DNA of 47,030 nucleotides, from the NCBI GenBank assembly GCA_015663245.1, contig DQSN01000025.1, forward strand, positions 1 to 47,030, in the 5' to 3' direction. The notes under the pieces are model-generated. The model was given only the letters and a program-made list of their open reading frames with translations. It ran no database searches and was not told the origin of the DNA. Position numbers and translations under genes: made by a program. This document shows positions 41,801 through 47,030 of this stretch, piece after piece (positions within the stretch are counted from its first letter, which is position 1; every line of letters begins with the position of its first letter). This DNA comes from Leucothrix mucor. GTDB taxonomy: Bacteria > Pseudomonadota > Gammaproteobacteria > Thiotrichales > Thiotrichaceae.

Positions 41801-41928
41801 GAGTAGAGAAATATGAGCCAAAACCTTTGCATGAAAGATAATGGGAAATCATCAGCAATGACATTTAAATAGGCTATCATTCCACTATAGAAACCGCTAT
41901 AAATAATAAAAACATCACAGGATATGCC

Positions 41929-42858
41929 ATGCCCAGTTATCACGTTAAACGCTCAATCAATATTGCAGCTCCTCTAAAAAGCATCCACACCTCATTATGT
42001 GACTTTCAACAGTGGCCTATATGGTCACCATGGTTAATTGCAGAGCCAGATGCAAAGCTAGAATATAATGACAAACAAGGAGAAGTTGGTGCTACTTATC
42101 AATGGGAGGGTGACTTAGTGGGGTCAGGTGGTATGGAAATACTGCAAATAAATGATAATGATATAGAAATGTCGATTAACTTTGTTGCTCCCTTCAAATC
42201 TAGCGCTCGTGTTACCTTTGAGCTTGAAAGCAACGGTGAGGAAACCACCGTTACATGGAATATGCTTGGCAAACTCCCCTTCTTTCTATTTATGATGCTC
42301 GAAAAAATGAAGCTCTATATCGGCATGGATTATGAGCGTGGTTTAAATATGCTCAAAGAATACTCAGAAAAAGGTAGTATATCCTCCGCTATTACGATTC
42401 AAGGTGTGGTCACACAGCCACCACAAAAATACATAGGTATTGCCAACAACTGTACAATCAAAGATATAGGATCGGTCATGCCTGCTGATTTTAAAAAACT
42501 AGCGGATTATTTTGCAGAAAATAATTTAAGCACGGCTGCTACAGCTTTCGCAATTTACACTGAGTTTGATATAGAAAAACAACACGCCAGCTTTATTTCA
42601 GCCATTCCTATCGATGAAAATATTGACGTTATCGCACCTTTTATCACTGGTGAAACCGATAAGACAGAGGTGATCAAAGTAAATCACACAGGTCCTTACG
42701 CATACATAGGCAATGGCTGGGCAGTGGCGATGATGTATAGCCGTGCCAATAAACTCAAACTACAAAAATCACCCGTGGGAATTGAATATTACCTAAATGA
42801 TCCCAACACCACCGCTCAAGCAGAGTTAATAACAGAAATAGCTCTTCCTTTAAAATAA
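41929..42858 (+). CDS. SRPBCC (START/polyketide-cyclase-like) + GyrI-like effector-binding fusion protein
   Basis: 309 aa. The N-terminal half resembles SRPBCC (..FQQWPIWSPW..). The C-terminal half resembles a GyrI-like small-molecule-binding domain (..HTGPYAYIGNGWAVAMMY..EYYLNDP..). Confidence 0.75.
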   Translation: MPSYHVKRSINIAAPLKSIHTSLCDFQQWPIWSPWLIAEPDAKLEYNDKQGEVGATYQWEGDLVGSGGMEILQINDNDIEMSINFVAPFKSSARVTFELESNGEETTVTWNMLGKLPFFLFMMLEKMKLYIGMDYERGLNMLKEYSEKGSISSAITIQGVVTQPPQKYIGIANNCTIKDIGSVMPADFKKLADYFAENNLSTAATAFAIYTEFDIEKQHASFISAIPIDENIDVIAPFITGETDKTEVIKVNHTGPYAYIGNGWAVAMMYSRANKLKLQKSPVGIEYYLNDPNTTAQAELITEIALPLK

Positions 42859-42889
42859 CCGACTATAGGGCTAAATATACCCTTCATAG

Positions 42890-43864
<975 letters not shown>

Positions 43865-43886
43865 GGATAGGAATATATCCAAGATT

Positions 43887-43937
43887 TAGTACTTTTTCTC
43901 CGCCCTTCGACTCCGTTCAGGGAGCTATATTGTCGAG
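43887..43937 (+). repeat. R3 repeat, copy 1
   Basis: tagtactttttctccgcccttcgactccgttcagggagctatattgtcgag. Its 27-nt core (43902-43928) matches 44579-44605 at 24/27 in the same orientation. Confidence 0.75.
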
Positions 43938-44111
43938 TTTATAAAAAGCTCTGAAAATATTGATACTGAAAAAACCATCTTAGCGTTTTTAAAAGAAAGC
44001 TTTGATATAGAGTGGTCTACATTTACGCAAGTTTACTACCGCTTACAATGGCTGATAAACTTAGGAAAAATCAAAAAAACAGACCAAGGTTACATAGTAA
44101 ATAAGTCATAA
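43929..44111 (+). pseudogene. Start-less remnant of a small winged-helix-like ORF
   Basis: The frame is open from about 43890 to TAA at 44109-11 (..IVEFIKSSENIDTEKTILAFLKESFDIEWSTFTQVYYRLQWLINLGKIKKTDQGYIVNKS*). It contains no in-frame ATG, GTG or TTG. Its 5' end runs into R3 copy 1. Confidence 0.3.
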
Positions 44112-44120
44112 TGCTATCTA

Positions 44121-44465
44121 CTAACCAGGCGGCCAAGCTAAAGTACGCCCAGCAAGAAGGTGCAGATGAATATGAAAAACACTCTGCCCTGCCGCCTCGC
44201 CGCAATTCATTACCACTCGATAGCCCTCATCACTATACCCTTCGTCTGCAGCTATTTTTTTAGCAGCTAGGTAAAGTTTACCTACTAGCTCCGCATCTTC
44301 CACTTGCAGGTCATTGATTGTCGATATATGTTTTTTAGGGATGATTAAAACATGCAAAGGAGCTTGTGCATTTAGGTCTCTAAATGCAAATACTTCATCA
44401 TCTTCGTAGATGGTTTGTGATGGAATGTCACCATTGATAATTTTACAAAATAGACAATCACTCAT
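44121..44465 (-). CDS. HIT-family (HINT-type) nucleotide hydrolase
   Basis: 114 aa. The histidine triad HIHLHLL, the N-terminus CLFCKII and the C-terminus ..WPPG are typical of the HINT branch. Confidence 0.9.
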   Translation of the reverse strand: MSDCLFCKIINGDIPSQTIYEDDEVFAFRDLNAQAPLHVLIIPKKHISTINDLQVEDAELVGKLYLAAKKIAADEGYSDEGYRVVMNCGEAAGQSVFHIHLHLLAGRTLAWPPG

Positions 44466-44562
44466 AAAAACTATTACCTAAATATTTATTGTTCCAACAA
44501 GTCTAAAGCGTGGGAGTCCTAAGCTGGACTAAGTAGTTTCTTTAATTAAGTGGGAAATATAA

Positions 44563-44614
44563 TAGACACTTCTCCCGCACCCTTCGACTCCGCTCAGGGA
44601 ACTATTAATGCGAG
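44563..44614 (+). repeat. R3 repeat, copy 2
   Basis: tagacacttctcccgcacccttcgactccgctcagggaactattaatgcgag. It lies in the HIT-recR spacer in the same orientation as copy 1. Confidence 0.75.
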
Positions 44615-44638
44615 AGAGGCTGAAAGCATAGAGACTAA

Positions 44639-45235
44639 CTAATAACGTCGTCGCCCAGAAAAAGCATGCGACAAAGTACCACTATCCACATAATCAAGCT
44701 CGCCACCGACAGGAACACCATGTGCAATACGTGTTGTATTGACATCATATTTCTCTGCTAACTCACTGATATAGTGAGCTGTAACTTCACCTTCAACGGT
44801 TGGATTGGTGGCTAATATTAACTCTTTGATCTGCCCTTCGGCTAATCGAGCATCTAATAAATCCAAGCCGAGTTCTTCGGGGCCGATACCATCTAACGGG
44901 GATAATTTTCCCATCAAAACAAAGTAGTTGCCTCTATAACTGGTAGCTTGTTCCAAAGCTAGTACATCAGAAGGATTTTCAACAACACAAAGTGAGTCTT
45001 GTTGACGACTCTCATTACTACAGATACGACAAGTTTCTATCTCTGTAAAGGTACGACAACGCTTGCAGTGTCCAATATTATCCATTGCTAATTGCAAAGT
45101 AGATGCTAGTTTAAGCGCCGATTCACGATCATGTTCCAATAAATAAAACGCCATGCGCTGCGCCGTTCTTGCTCCCACACTTGGCAGGCACTTCAAAGAA
45201 TCGACTAATTCATTTAATAGAGAGGAATCGGACAT
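44639..45235 (-). CDS. recR: Recombination protein RecR
   Basis: 198 aa. The HhH N-terminus (..[14 protein letters not shown]..), the C4 zinc finger (CKRC..CRIC) and a Toprim domain are present. Confidence 0.95.
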   Translation of the reverse strand: MSDSSLLNELVDSLKCLPSVGARTAQRMAFYLLEHDRESALKLASTLQLAMDNIGHCKRCRTFTEIETCRICSNESRQQDSLCVVENPSDVLALEQATSYRGNYFVLMGKLSPLDGIGPEELGLDLLDARLAEGQIKELILATNPTVEGEVTAHYISELAEKYDVNTTRIAHGVPVGGELDYVDSGTLSHAFSGRRRY

Positions 45236-45270
45236 TTTTAAGGCTACTTTATATAACTAAAAAGAAACAA

Positions 45271-45600
45271 TTAAAATGGCATCTTCATGCCAGCAGGTAG
45301 GCTCATACCATCTGTGACACCTGCCATTCTCTCTTTTGAAGTAACTGCTAGTTTTTGTACTGCATCATTAAATGCCGCCGCAACTAAGTCTTCAACCATT
45401 TCTTTATCATCATCTGCAATTAAACTGCTATCAATATTGACGCGTCTACACTCATGTTGTCCATTAATTGTCACAGAAACTAAACCACCACCTGACTCAC
45501 CTGTGATTTCTATTGCAGCAATTTCTGCTTGAGCACGTTGCATGTCTTCTTGCATTTTTTGTGCTTGCTTCATTAAGCCGCCTAGACCGCCTTTCATCAT
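45271..45600 (-). CDS. ybaB: Nucleoid-associated protein YbaB/EbfC
   Basis: 109 aa (..[22 protein letters not shown]..). It sits in the conserved dnaX-ybaB-recR order. Confidence 0.93.
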   Translation of the reverse strand: MMKGGLGGLMKQAQKMQEDMQRAQAEIAAIEITGESGGGLVSVTINGQHECRRVNIDSSLIADDDKEMVEDLVAAAFNDAVQKLAVTSKERMAGVTDGMSLPAGMKMPF

Positions 45601-45624
45601 AATATTTTATCCTTTTTAAACTAA

Positions 45625-47030
45625 TTATTTAGGTTGAACCGACTTAGGCACAATCCGTGCATTAAATCGCTGTTGTAAATCTTGTACGAAGGTATCATTT
45701 TGCATCAAATTTTCAGCAGATTGCTGACGTTCTTGCTGCTTTCTCCCTACACGCTCAGCAGGTGTTTCTGCTGTTAAACGTTGTGTGCTAATCTGCAAGT
45801 TTAGTGGCTTATTATAATACGCCTTTAACGCCACTTCGATTTCTTGCTCGGCAGTTTTTGCTAATAAGTTCTCACCTGATGTATCAATAGAAAGCTCGAC
45901 CTTACTATCATCAATACTTGTTAAAACACAGTGTTTAGCTAGTTCCGCTGTTCGTCCTGTTAAACCTAATTGCGGCACAATTTTGTGCCACTCTAGATCA
46001 CCCGAAGTTACCGCAGATGGTTCCTTTGGCGCAACAGATACTTTCTCCTGCTTTACTTCTATTTTTTCTAGCGGCTTTTTAGGTTTAGACCCCTCAACAA
46101 CATCTACAACACGACTCTCTGTAGGCTTTGCTTCCCCCCAAGGAGGTGCGTCATCCATAATAGGAGATGCTTGCTTATTTGTTTCTATAACCGTCGGCTC
46201 TACCACTTTTTTAACGACAGCTTTAGGTGAAATTTTATGTTCTAGTGTTTTTTTTTTCTCTACGACTACATCATCTATCGACTTTGTTGTTTGATTATCT
46301 ACGGAAGCAACTATCGCAGGGGCAATATCTCTTAACGGTCTAAACGTCAGCAAGCGTAAGAATATCATTTCAAAACCACTACGCGGATCAGGCGACAACG
46401 ACAAATCACGTCGTCCGTGCATCGCAATTTGATAGTACAACTGCACATCTTCACGGCTGAACTGATCAGCTAACTGTTTAATTGCCTTATCATCTTCCTC
46501 TGCTTGAGGCACTACTTGTAGCACTGCCATTTTGTGTAGCAAAGTGATCAAAGCATCCGTAGCCGCTTCAAAATCAGGAGTTACACCTGCCATTTGCTCG
46601 ATGCCATCTAAAATAGCTTCACCATCGCCTGCTTCAACTAATCTCAATAAATCCAGTAATGGCTCATGTGAAATAGTCCCAAGCATTTCACGCACATCAG
46701 CTTCTTTTAGTTCACCATTCCCATATGAAATGGCTTGATCCAATAAACTTAACGCATCACGCATACTGCCATCAGCACCACGCGCAATTAGCCGTAAGGA
46801 AGCCTCATCACTATTAATTTCTTCTTTCTTGAGAATATACAGCAAATGCCCTGAGATCATATCAACTGGCATTCGCTTAAGATTAAACTGCAAACAGCGT
46901 GAAAGTATCGTAACAGGCAGTTTTTGTGGATCAGTGGTAGCAAAAAGGAATTTAACGTGTGGAGGCGGCTCTTCTAGGGTCTTTAGTAAAGCATTAAAGC
47001 TATGCCCTGAGAGCATGTGAACTTCATCAA
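45625..47030 (-). CDS. dnaX: DNA polymerase III subunit tau/gamma (5' end outside the window)
   Basis: ..MLSGHSFNALLKTLEEPPPHVKFLFATTDPQKLPVTILSRCLQF.. is internal clamp-loader sequence, so the frame continues past 47030. The C-terminal region is tau-specific. The 'M' at 47016 in the track is not the start. Confidence 0.93.
   Translation of the reverse strand, partial: DEVHMLSGHSFNALLKTLEEPPPHVKFLFATTDPQKLPVTILSRCLQFNLKRMPVDMISGHLLYILKKEEINSDEASLRLIARGADGSMRDALSLLDQAISYGNGELKEADVREMLGTISHEPLLDLLRLVEAGDGEAILDGIEQMAGVTPDFEAATDALITLLHKMAVLQVVPQAEEDDKAIKQLADQFSREDVQLYYQIAMHGRRDLSLSPDPRSGFEMIFLRLLTFRPLRDIAPAIVASVDNQTTKSIDDVVVEKKKTLEHKISPKAVVKKVVEPTVIETNKQASPIMDDAPPWGEAKPTESRVVDVVEGSKPKKPLEKIEVKQEKVSVAPKEPSAVTSGDLEWHKIVPQLGLTGRTAELAKHCVLTSIDDSKVELSIDTSGENLLAKTAEQEIEVALKAYYNKPLNLQISTQRLTAETPAERVGRKQQERQQSAENLMQNDTFVQDLQQRFNARIVPKSVQPK

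Overview
AT-rich, gammaproteobacterium-like chromosomal window made up almost entirely of core housekeeping genes.

**Minus strand**
- A secreted repeat-module peptidoglycan-binding protein.
- A complete 14-gene NADH:quinone oxidoreductase operon (nuoA-N, with nuoC and nuoD unfused).
- lptE, leuS, a stand-alone EF-G paralogue and an MFS transporter.
- A secreted alpha/beta hydrolase and a PAS-GGDEF(degenerate)-EAL protein.
- rpsP-rimM-trmD-rplS and ffh.
- A DUF938-type methyltransferase and a HIT protein.
- dnaX (partial)-ybaB-recR.

**Plus strand**
- purH, a ypjD-like/CorC-HlyC pair, radA and glnD.
- An SRPBCC+GyrI-like fusion and hemF.

**What I did not find**
I found no CRISPR array, tRNA or rRNA gene, transposase, integrase, or recognisable defence or toxin system. 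I see no evidence for a novel multi-gene system here.

**What the ORF track does not explain**
1. A likely compact 6S RNA (ssrS) gene inside the 626-nt gap at 27.2-27.8 kb.
2. Three small dispersed repeat families.
   - R1: 1-95 and 17191-17285, bracketing the nuo block.
   - R2: 24497-24580 and 27706-27794, inverted relative to each other.
   - R3: 43887-43937 and 44563-44614, flanking the HIT gene.
3. A (CCAATAA)x5 tract just upstream of glnD.
4. An A10 run in dnaX with stops in both alternative frames.
5. A gene-decay scar at 41.0-41.9 kb.

The functional readings of the repeats are inference. Nothing could be searched against databases.
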